A DNA stretch of 64,000 bases, from positions 1,632,001 to 1,696,000 of the forward strand of contig CAVUDP010000002.1 of NCBI GenBank assembly GCA_963740315.1, written 5' to 3'. The stretch is from an uncultured cyanobacterium (GTDB lineage: Bacteria; Cyanobacteriota; Cyanobacteriia; Cyanobacteriales; Nostocaceae). Positions 1 through 10,120 of the stretch are shown here, piece after piece. The notes below the pieces were generated by a model. That model was given only the letters and a program-made list of their open reading frames with translations. It did no database searches and was not told the DNA's origin. A program made the position numbers and the translations under genes. Every line of letters starts with the position of its first letter. Position 1 is the first letter of the stretch.

Positions 1-579
1 AATTTTTTCAAGAGAAAGCTTATTGCGATCGTAAATTGGAGTATTTAAAGAATTATCAAAAACTGATTGAAGTTCAGGTGTTAAAAAATATGCTTCTTTA
101 TGGATTAAACCAGTTACCCATATACGATCTTCTTTGACATTTTGTTCGTTGACTTTAGTTTTTTCGTACATATTTTTAAAAATTTCTTCTGTATCTGAAA
201 ACTGATAATCGTAAAAATTTTTAATATTTTGAATCTGAATATCTAAATCTACAATTGCAAATAGCTTTTCTGGATTTAAATAGGAGTTATTAATATCTTG
301 ATGATGTAATTTTAAAAGGTTAAAGTAGCTATCTATTACATCTTTTCTGTCTCCACAGTTAAAAAATTGCGGTCGATACTGTTTCCAAGAACTTGGAACG
401 CACGCATTATAAAAATTTGCATCTGGCATTTGTTCCATTTTCTTATATGATTGAGGTGAAGGTCTGCCTTGATTTTTTTTGATTTCACCTTCACAAAGAA
501 TAACAATTTTATTCAAAATTCTACGTTGCTTAAGAATTTCCTGACAATGCTGCTGTAATTCTTCAGGTTTCAGCCCCAT
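1..579 (-). CDS. TOPRIM-like (OLD/DUF4435-like) putative nuclease, 3' end outside window
   Basis: Not in the ORF track; translated by hand. ATG at 579 lies 2 nt after the ATPase stop, and the frame is open for 193 codons to the edge: MGLKPEELQQHCQEILKQRRILNKIVILCEGEIKK...FNCGDRKDV...LFAIVDLD...GLIHKEAYFL. It has the TOPRIM EG and DxD motifs and a downstream ExY motif. Confidence 0.7.
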   Translation of the reverse strand, partial: MGLKPEELQQHCQEILKQRRILNKIVILCEGEIKKNQGRPSPQSYKKMEQMPDANFYNACVPSSWKQYRPQFFNCGDRKDVIDSYFNLLKLHHQDINNSYLNPEKLFAIVDLDIQIQNIKNFYDYQFSDTEEIFKNMYEKTKVNEQNVKEDRIWVTGLIHKEAYFLTPELQSVFDNSLNTPIYDRNKLSLEKI

Positions 580-581
580 AT

Positions 582-1661
582 TTACGATTCCGATTCTTGC
601 TTTATTAACCTTGGTTCTAATTCTTTAACATGAGCGGGAGTAACCGCTTGACACAATTCATATGAATGAGTAGCAATAATATATTGATTTTTTGGTGCCC
701 ATTCAGCAATATCTTTAATTATTTGATATTGCCAATCTGGATGAAATCCGTTTTCAATTTCATCGATTAAAACGATTGAATCTTCTATAATATTGTACTT
801 GATCCAAGCATAAATACTGAGTCGTTTTAATTCACCGTGACTTAAATCTTCTGGATATAATTCTATATTTCCCCAATCTGACCTATCTGCTTTAAAAGTG
901 AAGCCAGTTAAGTCAGGATTTATGTTTATTTTCTTATTTAATAAAATTTGATTTAGCTCGTTTACAAGTTTTTGATAATTATTTCCGTATTCTCCTGTTT
1001 CTATAGCTTGTTTGAAATCTTTGTCTCTTGTAGATTTGAAGATTTCAAGTAAGAGGTCTACCGCTAAAAAGTCATATGTAAAAAATCCTGATAATTTAGA
1101 TTGTAACTGTTTTAGTTGTGAATAGTAATTATTTGTGTTGTCATTCTTTTGCTGTTTAAAAATAAAATCTATCGAGTCTTTCTTAAGGAACAGAAAAACT
1201 TGAGTAGCAGGAGCAGCTAAAAAAATCTTATTTGATAAATTATTTAGAAAATCTTCAACTTTATCGATATCCATCTTATCAACACCAAAAAATATAGTTT
1301 CTGATATCTTAATAAGAAGTTTATTCTTTTTACTTATTAAACTTCTCGAAGAAGGCTTCTTATAAACAACAAATTCAAGATTAACAGTTTTCTCCCCATC
1401 CCAAATATCAAAACTAGCTAAAACTCGTTTCTGAGAATCATCATCAATCTCAAATCCATAAAGCATATTTTTGATAAACTCATGCTTGCTACTATCACCC
1501 GAACAGTGCAGCAAAACAAAAATTAATTGTAAAAGCGTACTTTTTCCACCACCATTTTGACTACCCAACGGAAAAATATTAGGTACAAAATCCTTTTCAA
1601 AAGAGATATCAACGTTCTTTAAGACGCGAAAATCGGGAACTTGAACTTTTAGTAATTTCAT
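582..1661 (-). CDS. ABC-type/AAA_21 ATPase (AriA/OLD-like, no membrane domain)
   Basis: Walker A GSQNGGGKST, signature LSHGE, Walker B LIDEIENGFHP, H-loop ATHS. Confidence 0.88.
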   Translation of the reverse strand: MKLLKVQVPDFRVLKNVDISFEKDFVPNIFPLGSQNGGGKSTLLQLIFVLLHCSGDSSKHEFIKNMLYGFEIDDDSQKRVLASFDIWDGEKTVNLEFVVYKKPSSRSLISKKNKLLIKISETIFFGVDKMDIDKVEDFLNNLSNKIFLAAPATQVFLFLKKDSIDFIFKQQKNDNTNNYYSQLKQLQSKLSGFFTYDFLAVDLLLEIFKSTRDKDFKQAIETGEYGNNYQKLVNELNQILLNKKININPDLTGFTFKADRSDWGNIELYPEDLSHGELKRLSIYAWIKYNIIEDSIVLIDEIENGFHPDWQYQIIKDIAEWAPKNQYIIATHSYELCQAVTPAHVKELEPRLIKQESES

Positions 1662-1720
1662 ATATAGTTCCTATTATCAATTTCAAAACTTACAGATTGC
1701 ATTTTACAAAAAGATTATAT

Positions 1721-2326
1721 TTAACTCTCCATCTCTCTTACTCTTTCTCGCCATTCTAATGCTGCTTCTAAGGGTTCGATCGCCAACACATAATGCGTTA
1801 ACATTGTCAAATCCAAATTAGGTAAAATCTCACTTTTTGCAACTTGTTTGTAACTATTACCACGTAAACAATAAATTTCAAACCGATTATTTTTGAAAAA
1901 CCAAACTTCTCTAATACCCAGCCGTTTGTAAAGTTCTAATTTATCTAAACCACCGCTGGTAACAACTACTTCAATTGCAATATCGGGAAATTCTTTTTCT
2001 AAACCAATACAATAAGATTCATCTGGTTCTGTTCCACCTCGTTTTTCAGATTTGCGAAGTGTTGTAGAACCTAAAGGAAAATAACGAATGCGTTTTTCTT
2101 GGCAGTAAGCTTCTATTAAAGAACCAATATTCGTTTTGTTGCGTTCGTGTTTGCGATTGGGTGACACAAATTCTAATACCCCATCTAAATAAGTAACCCG
2201 ATACTGTAGACTATCCCCCAGTTCATTCAGCAATTCATAACTTTCCCAACTAACACCACTAATTATCTGACGTTCTTCCGGGTCTTCAGCCTGTATAATT
2301 TCAAAAAAGTCTTGAAGTAAGACCAT
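1721..2326 (-). CDS. Uma2 family (DUF820) PD-(D/E)xK endonuclease-fold protein
   Basis: VSWESYE, EPDESYC, PDIAIEVVVTS, YKRLGIREVW motifs. Confidence 0.9.
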   Translation of the reverse strand: MVLLQDFFEIIQAEDPEERQIISGVSWESYELLNELGDSLQYRVTYLDGVLEFVSPNRKHERNKTNIGSLIEAYCQEKRIRYFPLGSTTLRKSEKRGGTEPDESYCIGLEKEFPDIAIEVVVTSGGLDKLELYKRLGIREVWFFKNNRFEIYCLRGNSYKQVAKSEILPNLDLTMLTHYVLAIEPLEAALEWRERVREMES

Positions 2327-2381
2327 AGCAATTTAATTTTTATATGATGGGTGACTTAAATCAAGTTTATCTATAAAATCA

Positions 2382-3224
2382 TTAGTTATCTTTCTTCCAC
2401 ATAACATGAAATGCACAAAGATATAATGTCTCGATGGTATCTCCAAGATTTTTACTTAAAGCATCTCTTAATTCATTAAATAAATCATCTCGCTGCATAG
2501 AATCCAATACTATATAAGGTGATAAAGTACTCAGCAACGTTAAATAATCATCAATGCTGTAAGCGCGATCGCACTCCATCTGCTCGTAAACGAAATCCTT
2601 GAATAACCCGGATTTCACTACATTTTCCCCTAATTCTTGAAGAATTCTTTCCTGTGTTGCTCTTTCTTCGTATCGTGATAGGGAAGGAACTTGTTTTTGG
2701 TAAACCTCATCTAAGATTTGGTACACTTCATAGCTGGGTTGGGGTTCTTTGTTCCACAGTAAAATCAAATTACCATCATCTTTTAAGGCTCGATCTAATT
2801 TGGGATATCCGACTTGTGGTGAAACCCAGTGAAAAGAAGTTGCGGCAAGAACAGTATTAAATTTATTTGGCTGTAATTCCCATTCTTCAAAGGTGGTATT
2901 GATAATTTCTACATTCGGAAAACCCGCACAGTTTTGTCTCGCTAAATTGCAGGATTCCTGACTGGGTTCCAGACACACCATTGAAAAGCCCATTTTAGCA
3001 AACTCCGTTGTTGCAGTTCCAGGACCGCACCCTATTTCTAAAATATTCGTGTTTTTACTGAGTTTGGCTAATTCTACTGTACGATTAATCAGTTGCTGGG
3101 GATAGCGAGGTCGAGTTCTACTGTACGCATCCGCAACATTACTGTACCAGTTCTTTCTCTGCTCTAAACTGTAATCATCTCGATAGTTTTTATAAGTATT
3201 TTGGATTTGTTCTGAATCTTTCAT
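2382..3224 (-). CDS. Class I SAM-dependent methyltransferase
   Basis: ILEIGCGPG motif I, RPRYP and ATSFHWV motifs. Confidence 0.9.
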   Translation of the reverse strand: MKDSEQIQNTYKNYRDDYSLEQRKNWYSNVADAYSRTRPRYPQQLINRTVELAKLSKNTNILEIGCGPGTATTEFAKMGFSMVCLEPSQESCNLARQNCAGFPNVEIINTTFEEWELQPNKFNTVLAATSFHWVSPQVGYPKLDRALKDDGNLILLWNKEPQPSYEVYQILDEVYQKQVPSLSRYEERATQERILQELGENVVKSGLFKDFVYEQMECDRAYSIDDYLTLLSTLSPYIVLDSMQRDDLFNELRDALSKNLGDTIETLYLCAFHVMWKKDN

Positions 3225-3482
3225 GATTCTCCATATTAATGAGGTAATTGGATATTAACCTTATTACTTTGACCTTTGACCTTTAACCTATTTGTATAAA
3301 GTTATCGTAAACAATCGGGAACAAATCATCTCAGAAACTACGTCAAAACTCGTATACAAGCACACACATTAATATCATATTTGTCCCTACTAAGTTTATA
3401 GTATGGGATAATTAATTCTTTGTATTTAATTGCTTTTAAAGTACTATTGCCTAGAAAACAAGACATTTAGTAAGCTGCAATT

Positions 3483-6020
3483 TTGATTCAATATCAGAAA
3501 CAAATCTTAAATATTTGTAAACTAATGACGGATAGAGGTAACTTGACTATGACATCATCTAAAGGTAATTCTACTACAAATAAAGCCCGGATATTTGCTG
3601 TTTTAGCATTAACAGGCATTATATCGGTTGCTAACGAGTTTGCGCTACTAAAAAGCGCGATCGCAACTCCGGTGGTTGTGCCTACATCTCAAAATTACAA
3701 CTTAAGTAATGCGGGAAATATAGTTAGCCAACAAAACAATCAAACCATAATTCAAGTACAGAGACAGAATGACACAAAAAGCGGTTTACCTCTTGCGGTG
3801 GTGAATGCTGTTACCAAAGATGTATCTCGTCGTGAAAATATTCCCGAAACTAGATTAAGAATCGTCAATTACAGTAAAGAAACTTGGCGCAATGGATGCT
3901 TGGAAGTACTCAAACCCGGTGAAATGTGTACCCAAGCTTTGGTTCCCGGTTATAAAGTTACGGTATCTGATGGCAGCCAAAAGTGGATTTATCATACCGA
4001 TAAAAATGGACGTAAATTACGTTTAGCATCTGGTAATTCTGGCGATTCTGGTTCGCAATTACCTGATTCCGTAAAATCGCGAGTAATAAGAGATGCTTCT
4101 CAACGCTTGGGGCAGCCGATTTCTAACTTTTTCATTATGCAGACGCAGGAGAAGACTTGGAAGGATGGCTGTTTGGAATTACGCGACGCTAATACAGTTT
4201 GTTCTCAGGTTTTAGTACCTGGTTATCGGGTTATTGTCGGTACCAAAGGGCAAAGTTTGGTTTACCATACTAATAAGTCTGGTTCGGTAATTAAGCTGAA
4301 TACTAAAGCGAGTGAGATTACCGATAACGGCTTACCTTCTCAAGTCAAAGACACGGTTTTAAAAGCTGCATCGGAATTCATTGGTAGTTCTCGACTCCGC
4401 GTTACAAAAGCCGAGCAAGTCACCTTTACCGATAGCTGCTTGAATTTAGGACGTGCAAACGAATCTTGTTTGAGAGCAAATCAGAAGGGATGGAGAGTTA
4501 CCGTCAAAGGTGCCAGCCAAACTTTGATTTATCACACTTCCATCGATGGCAATCAAATTCGTTTGAATGCAGCTGCTAGCAAGTTAAGATTACCCCAAAA
4601 CGTTCGCAATGCCGTATTAAAAGAAGCTGGAAATATTTCTGGTTTTTCATCAAGAAAATTAAAAATCGTTTCCTTCAAACCAGCAAACTGGCAATATGGT
4701 TGTGAAGATTTTAGTTTCAACAATCCTTGTGACAGAACAGATGTTTCCGGTTGGGAAGTAACTGTCAGCGGAAACTCTCAAACCTCGGTATTTTTCACCG
4801 ATGCAACGGGAAATCAAGTAAAGTTATCTAATCAAAATCAAACCCCATCCCAATTACCTAGAGTTGTTTCGGGTGCTATTCTTAGAGATGCTACTCAATG
4901 GTCGGGTTTATCTCAAAGAGCAATACGGATTGTAAAAAGCGAGCGTCAAATTTGGAGCAATCCCTGTTACTTAACCTTCAACCGGATTTGCAACAAAGCT
5001 TTTATTCGTACTCCCGGCTGGATAGTTACAGTAGAAGCAAATAATCAAACTTGGATTTACCACGCTAACGATAACGCTTCGATAGTAACTCTCGATCGCA
5101 CCCAAAGTTTAACTCAAAAAGCGGCAGCAGTACTCAAACAAGATGCAGCAAAACGCTCCCGATATACATCATCTGTCGAGCAAATTCGGGTTATCGAAGT
5201 TGAACAACTCAACGAAAGACAAAATAACGTCCCCTTGATGAAAGCTACTTTGTCCGACGGTAGAGAAACTTGGACTTATCGTTTTAAACAAGATGGTTCG
5301 GATTTTGAACTTGATGCAACTGCAACTTTACCAAAATCCATTGAAAATGCAGTATTATCCGACGTAAGAAACCGCGTCGAAGGTAGAATTGCAGTTTCTC
5401 CCAAAAATATTGTAGAATCCCAACCAGTAAGATGGCGCAATGGTTGTTTGGGTATAGTTAACCAACGCAGAACACGCTATTGTTTCTCCAGAATTGTAGA
5501 CGGCTACCGAGTAACCGTAAAAGTTGGTTCGGAAATATTCGTTTATCATACCGATAGTAGCTCCAAAGTAATTTTAAACGAAAGTGCTAGTAAGATAAAT
5601 GGGAATCAGAATACAGTTTTACCCGTAAGAATTCCCCGTAACGAACTACCATCACCTTTAACCAGAGGAGTAGTATTTCGTCAAATTAGCAGCGGTGGTT
5701 TTGCCGGACAAACCTACGAAACCGTTTTATTTGAAGATGGACGGATAATCCGCTATCGCATGGGTGATATGAACGATTCTCAGCGTAGCGATCGCCAAGT
5801 TTCTGGTAAACAAGTACGGGATTTTCAAAGACTATTGCAGCGTCAGCGCGATGAATTTAATAATATGAGCTATCCCGCTGCCAGAGGTGCCGCTGATTTT
5901 ATTACCTATACCCTTACCAGCCGTGATGGTACCGTGCAATTTAACGACACTTCCCGCGATAACATATCCAAAGATTTAATGAATGTAGTGGAAGCTTGGA
6001 ATCAGATTTTGAGAGCGTAG
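3483..6020 (+). CDS. Secreted protein with about six ~85-aa Cys-pair repeats and a C-terminal GGFAG domain (true start probably ATG 3526 or 3550)
   Basis: Hydrophobic signal-like stretch IFAVLALTGIISVA; repeats LP..V...V..D......W.xGCL.....C.Q..VPGY.VTV.......YHT; C-terminal SSGGFAG...GAADFITYTLT. Confidence 0.8.
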   Translation: MIQYQKQILNICKLMTDRGNLTMTSSKGNSTTNKARIFAVLALTGIISVANEFALLKSAIATPVVVPTSQNYNLSNAGNIVSQQNNQTIIQVQRQNDTKSGLPLAVVNAVTKDVSRRENIPETRLRIVNYSKETWRNGCLEVLKPGEMCTQALVPGYKVTVSDGSQKWIYHTDKNGRKLRLASGNSGDSGSQLPDSVKSRVIRDASQRLGQPISNFFIMQTQEKTWKDGCLELRDANTVCSQVLVPGYRVIVGTKGQSLVYHTNKSGSVIKLNTKASEITDNGLPSQVKDTVLKAASEFIGSSRLRVTKAEQVTFTDSCLNLGRANESCLRANQKGWRVTVKGASQTLIYHTSIDGNQIRLNAAASKLRLPQNVRNAVLKEAGNISGFSSRKLKIVSFKPANWQYGCEDFSFNNPCDRTDVSGWEVTVSGNSQTSVFFTDATGNQVKLSNQNQTPSQLPRVVSGAILRDATQWSGLSQRAIRIVKSERQIWSNPCYLTFNRICNKAFIRTPGWIVTVEANNQTWIYHANDNASIVTLDRTQSLTQKAAAVLKQDAAKRSRYTSSVEQIRVIEVEQLNERQNNVPLMKATLSDGRETWTYRFKQDGSDFELDATATLPKSIENAVLSDVRNRVEGRIAVSPKNIVESQPVRWRNGCLGIVNQRRTRYCFSRIVDGYRVTVKVGSEIFVYHTDSSSKVILNESASKINGNQNTVLPVRIPRNELPSPLTRGVVFRQISSGGFAGQTYETVLFEDGRIIRYRMGDMNDSQRSDRQVSGKQVRDFQRLLQRQRDEFNNMSYPAARGAADFITYTLTSRDGTVQFNDTSRDNISKDLMNVVEAWNQILRA

Positions 6021-6128
6021 GGTATAGGGCATATAAATATATACGTAGGTTCGTAGTAAGGGCTTTAGCGCTTCCATGCGAGGTAACAAATTCTCCCTAC
6101 GAACCGATGAGAATTAATGTGGACTAAT

Positions 6129-6480
6129 ACTAGTCTTTTTGATTAGTTTTGAAGGGTAAAAAGGTTCGTAGTAAGTGCTTTAGCACCTCCGGATTTGGGG
6201 CTGAAGCCCTTACTACAAACCTATCAGAATAAATGAAATGCACTACTAGTCTTTTTGATTAGTTTTGAAGGGTAATAAGGTTCGTAGTAAGTGCTTTAGC
6301 ACCTCCGGATTTTGGGCTGAAGCCCTTACTACAAACCTATCAAAATTAATGAAATGCACTACTAGTCTTTTTGATTAGTTTTGAAGGGTAATAAGGTTCG
6401 TAGTAAGTGCTTTAGCACCTCCGGATTTGGGGCTGAAGCCCTTACTACAAACCTATCAAAATTAATGAAAATAACTAGTA
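6129..6480. repeat. Tandem repeat, 3 x 116 bp, each unit carrying a GTTCGTAGTAAG...CTTACTACAAAC hairpin
   Basis: ACTAGTCTTTTTGATTAG starts at 6129, 6245 and 6361. Related hairpins at ~6048, ~11466-11523, ~22883-22932 and in the 52.6 kb array. Confidence 0.95.
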
Positions 6481-6543
6481 GATTGCATTAAATTTGATGG
6501 GTTAGTTTTTACCGTAGGTGCGGCTCTAAAAAATACTTAAATT

Positions 6544-6586
6544 AAAAGCGGGCAAGTATTAGCGATGATACTTGTCCGCTTTTTTA
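6544..6586. terminator. Probable bidirectional intrinsic terminator between convergent genes
   Basis: AAAAGCGGGCAAGTAT-loop-ATACTTGTCCGCTTTTTT. Confidence 0.6.
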
Positions 6587-6668
6587 TTGAAAATGCCTGT
6601 ATTACAAAATGCTGGCAAGATGCCTGCACTACGAATTTACCTGCATGAAAATCGCTAACTACTTGGTT

Positions 6669-7109
6669 TTAAGCATCTTTGCCTACTACTTGTGATTTAA
6701 GAGTTGTGATTTCACTAGTTAATTCAGTGCGAGTGGAGGCTTTGAGTAAGTAGCGATAGATAAACCAGGCAGAATAGCCAATACCAATTAACTCAAAGGT
6801 TGGTGCTACTAAGGGAACATCATTTAATGCATCTAAGATAGCTAGCACGACTCTAACTGCGATTAACGCACCTACAGCAATACCAAGGTAGATAAAAAAC
6901 TGCTTGTACTTATTGAAGAAGGTACCTGCGTAAACAGTGAAATTATCTAAGTAGGCAGAAAGTTGCTCTCCGTATTTCAGCCATTGCTCTTGAGATTGCG
7001 TGGAAGGCTGAACTTTGGTTATAGTTCCAGTAGGATTGTTCATTTCTGGCACTTTTGTCTCTGAAGTTTGAGTTTCCACGATTTCCGGTTCTTGCATTGG
7101 GGCTTCCAT
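6669..7109 (-). CDS. curT: CAAD-domain membrane protein (CurT/CURT1-like thylakoid curvature protein)
   Basis: CAAD motif VLAILDALNDVPLVAPTFELIGIGYSAWFIYRYLLKASTRTEL. Start probably ATG 7109 or 7097; the ORF track extends to 7184. Confidence 0.8.
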   Translation of the reverse strand: MEAPMQEPEIVETQTSETKVPEMNNPTGTITKVQPSTQSQEQWLKYGEQLSAYLDNFTVYAGTFFNKYKQFFIYLGIAVGALIAVRVVLAILDALNDVPLVAPTFELIGIGYSAWFIYRYLLKASTRTELTSEITTLKSQVVGKDA

Positions 7110-7539
7110 GATGGTATTAATTGTTTTTATTCTTCTGGGGGCAGTTACAGCTACAACCGTTATATTATTTGGTTGGGTAGGCATTACCGCTTTTTTTAGA
7201 GAAAGCTAATTAGCGGTACAAAATGATTTTACTTTCCTACCTTGATAATTGTCCCTTAACCACCACATCAACTTTAAAGTTAAAAGTTAAAGTTATATGA
7301 CAGCAGTTATGAGTCAGAAGCGGGCAGAATATATTATTTCCAGCAATCGAGGACTTCTAAGCTGGATAAGCTAGAATCTCAAAAATGGTAATTGTATCCT
7401 GCGCGTGCAAGTTGCTAACAATCATAGCCATTTAAGTACAGGTTATGCAAAAATCTGTTAAGTTTTTAGTTTTATGTTTATTTGAAGTTAAACCGTAAAA
7501 GTCCCATATTTAGCTTGAAAGTCGGGAGCGGGGAACAAA

Positions 7540-7803
7540 ATGAGCAAACAATCTTCACAAAAGCGATTACTAATTTGTACTTTTTTAGCGCTAGCATCCG
7601 GCTTTTTCGGTGGTTATATCGGCGGACATTTTAGCGTGCAAGCCCACAGTCAAAACTGTCAAAATCAAAGGTGGGACTTGTTTAAAGCGGGTTGTAAAGT
7701 TGTGGTAACTCCCGGTGCAATGTGGCAAGGTAGCACTACAGGAATTTGGAGTGGAAGTGTTTTAGGTGCCTTTTTCGGTGGGTTAGTAACGCGGAAGGAG
7801 TAA
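7540..7803 (+). CDS. Small glycine-rich membrane hypothetical protein
   Basis: ATG with purine-rich upstream region; two Gly-rich hydrophobic segments. Confidence 0.65.
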   Translation: MSKQSSQKRLLICTFLALASGFFGGYIGGHFSVQAHSQNCQNQRWDLFKAGCKVVVTPGAMWQGSTTGIWSGSVLGAFFGGLVTRKE

Positions 7804-7950
7804 GGGATGGGGAGACAAGGGGATGGGGGGATGGGGAGACAAGGGGATGGGGGGATGGGGAGACAAGGGGATGGGGAGTTAGGAGTTAAGAGTTAGGAGT
7901 TTGGAATTATCTACCCCCTCTACCCCCTCTACCCCCTCTCCCCCCTCCCT
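7804..7950. repeat. STRR-type short tandem repeats (GGGGATG/GGAGACAA, TTAGGAG, CTACCCCCT)
   Basis: Seen directly. Similar short-unit tracts at ~11150, 32511-32541, 32775-32805, 37922-37955, 39866-39917, 40573-40690, 42316-42420, 46265-46315 and 53935-53997. Confidence 0.9.
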
Positions 7951-8332
7951 AGTTAAACCGACGAGGGGTTTGTAGACTATTCCAGTTTTTCCATGAATTG
8001 GTATTGGTATCGAAACATCGCCATGAAGAACCATTTTTTGATTCTCGATAACAAAATAAACTGCGTTCGCTGGCGTTAAGGTTGTCAGTAAAATAGTATA
8101 CAATGTCTCTAAAAGGATAGGTTTTGCGGCTTAAACGTTTTGCTACAGCTTGATTGGGACATTCAACAATAAACACTGGCTCGGAATCTATATAGCCTAA
8201 AGAGAAGATACACATTCGTAAGATAGCTCGCAGCCAGCTTTCAGAGTTTTCAAAACATTTATCAACAATTGTATTGCTTAAAGCTCTTTCTAATTTACGG
8301 TTTTGTTGATCGGGAATACGATACTCTGACAT
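7949..8332 (-). CDS. Hypothetical protein
   Basis: 127-aa ATG-started ORF with ordinary protein composition. Confidence 0.65.
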   Translation of the reverse strand: MSEYRIPDQQNRKLERALSNTIVDKCFENSESWLRAILRMCIFSLGYIDSEPVFIVECPNQAVAKRLSRKTYPFRDIVYYFTDNLNASERSLFCYRESKNGSSWRCFDTNTNSWKNWNSLQTPRRFN

Positions 8333-8524
8333 AGCGCTACCAAATTACGAAAAGCATTGATTTGAGATTAAACTATAAGCTCTATAGGTGACAAGCGCAT
8401 ACGAAAAATTACGGCTTTTATTAGTTCATTTTGAAGTTAATTAAGTCTGTATGTTAAAAGTTGAAGGTTAGTAGCAGTACCGTTGACTGGTAAAATTCAG
8501 TTACGTTAATAAAAATAATTTCTT

Positions 8525-8830
8525 ATGAGTGCCCAAGCGAATCAAATGGATGCATCAACTAAGGGTGCAGATGCTGTTGACGAAGCTATTGCTAAAGGAA
8601 TTGATTTGGATGGTTCTCCTATTGAACCTGAAAAGCTGGATTTATACAATCAAGTCATGGCGCTGGAGGGGAATAGGCAGCGTAGTGGTGTGAAAAATAC
8701 GATGAGATCCCGTATTGTCAGAATTGGGGCTAAACATATTTCTCAAGCGGAACTTAATAAAATGCTTGAAGATGCTGATTTTGCAGCTTTGAAGGAAAAG
8801 GAAATCGCTTTTTATTACGGTGGTAAGTAA
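8525..8830 (+). CDS. DUF4090 / Ssr1528-like conserved cyanobacterial small protein
   Basis: GADAVDEAIAKGIDLDGSPI...RQRSGVKNTMRSRIVRIGAKH, recognised from memory. Confidence 0.8.
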   Translation: MSAQANQMDASTKGADAVDEAIAKGIDLDGSPIEPEKLDLYNQVMALEGNRQRSGVKNTMRSRIVRIGAKHISQAELNKMLEDADFAALKEKEIAFYYGGK

Positions 8831-9257
8831 GATAATTGATTTTTGGCAAGGTTGCCTTTACTAGGATTTAGAGTTTGATTGTTGTAGGGTGTGTTGTCGC
8901 AAAGCGCAACGCACCATGATTGCAACTAGTGCAAGATGTGAAATACAAGAAAATTTGTCTTTATCTAAATATTTTGGTGCGCTCACGGCTGAAGCCATAA
9001 CGCACCCTACTAGTACAGAGTCAACGTAAGTCAGGTACCCATATAATAACCGGACTTGAGGATCACAAGAAGACACGCGACGCTACGGTTGAGAAGTCGG
9101 GTTTTTATAAAAATTGTAAGTGTATTACAGATACGTATTCTAAAAACCCGACTTCTGAGCATTAAAAAAAGTGGGTGCGCTATTTAAGCCGTGTGGTACT
9201 AGCTTTACATCTATAAAAATCACATAGAAATTACAGTATTTGTCGCAAATAATAAGT

Positions 9258-9320
9258 GGTGCGTGACGCTACAAAACTTATAAACACGTACAAAATTTGT
9301 GAAAGCGTCACACACCCTAC
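9258..9320. repeat. GTAG-type REP/SDR-like dispersed hairpin (representative copy)
   Basis: GGTGCGTGACGCT...AGCGTCACACACCCTAC. Close copies at 35950-36011 and (inverted) 58069-58132; relatives at 8885-8915, 8976-9010, ~22945, 48823-48885, 48908-48973 and 49843-49874. Confidence 0.85.
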
Positions 9321-9423
9321 AAATCCCATCTGAGTATCAAAAAATTAAATATAAAAATCACTGTTTTTGCGTAAAAGTTGCAGGTAGGGGAAGATACCAG
9401 AATATACCTTACCAAACGCATTG

Positions 9424-10083
9424 ATGAACAACGATCATCTCAATCGGCAATTACAGGAGTTAGTCGAGGAGATAAAACAGTATTCGGCTAATGATGATAG
9501 TGCGATTATTCGAGTTAAACGACGGATAGCTTTGAATAAGTTTGTCAACGCTGTTGTAAATTCTGGACGATTGAGCAAGCAAACTCAGTGGTTGGGATTA
9601 CCTAATTATGAAGACTATCATAATGAGGCGTTGCAGCTAACTTTGATGGAAATATGCAGCAAAATTGACGAATATAATCCACAATATCCGGTAATGGCGT
9701 GGGTGAATAAAATTTTTCACTGGCGATTTATTGATGTTGTTAATAAAGAACGGAAAAAAGGGATTACTATGGTTCCGAGAGGAGAACAAATATCTCCCGT
9801 TTTGTCTTTGGATGATATCAATAAAGAAATAGATAAACCAAATCAAATATCTCAACAAGCAATCATTAAAGAAATTATCAATAAAGATCCGGAAAAATAT
9901 TTAATTAGCCAACATTTAAAGGGACATCCTGACGCTAATTTAAAAGTAATTTTGCTCTATTTATTGTCAGGAAAGAAATGGAAAGAAATTTCTCAAGAGT
10001 TGGATGTTCCTCTGACAACGGCTTCTAGTTTTTATCAACGTAGAATGCATAAAATAATCGACTATCTAAAGAAGTATATATAG
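9424..10083 (+). CDS. Sigma-70/ECF-like DNA-binding protein
   Basis: Region-2-like YHNEALQLTLMEICSKIDEYNP..VMAWVNKIFHWRFID and C-terminal HTH GKKWKEISQELDVPLTTASSFYQR. Confidence 0.75.
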   Translation: MNNDHLNRQLQELVEEIKQYSANDDSAIIRVKRRIALNKFVNAVVNSGRLSKQTQWLGLPNYEDYHNEALQLTLMEICSKIDEYNPQYPVMAWVNKIFHWRFIDVVNKERKKGITMVPRGEQISPVLSLDDINKEIDKPNQISQQAIIKEIINKDPEKYLISQHLKGHPDANLKVILLYLLSGKKWKEISQELDVPLTTASSFYQRRMHKIIDYLKKYI

Positions 10084-10120
10084 AAGTAAATTCACGGCTC
10101 GGCACCTAAATATTTTTATT

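Noticed and set aside
6129..6480. 116-, 84-, 72- and 64-bp arrays as CRISPR-like arrays
   Set aside because: Units are near-identical throughout, with no unique spacers
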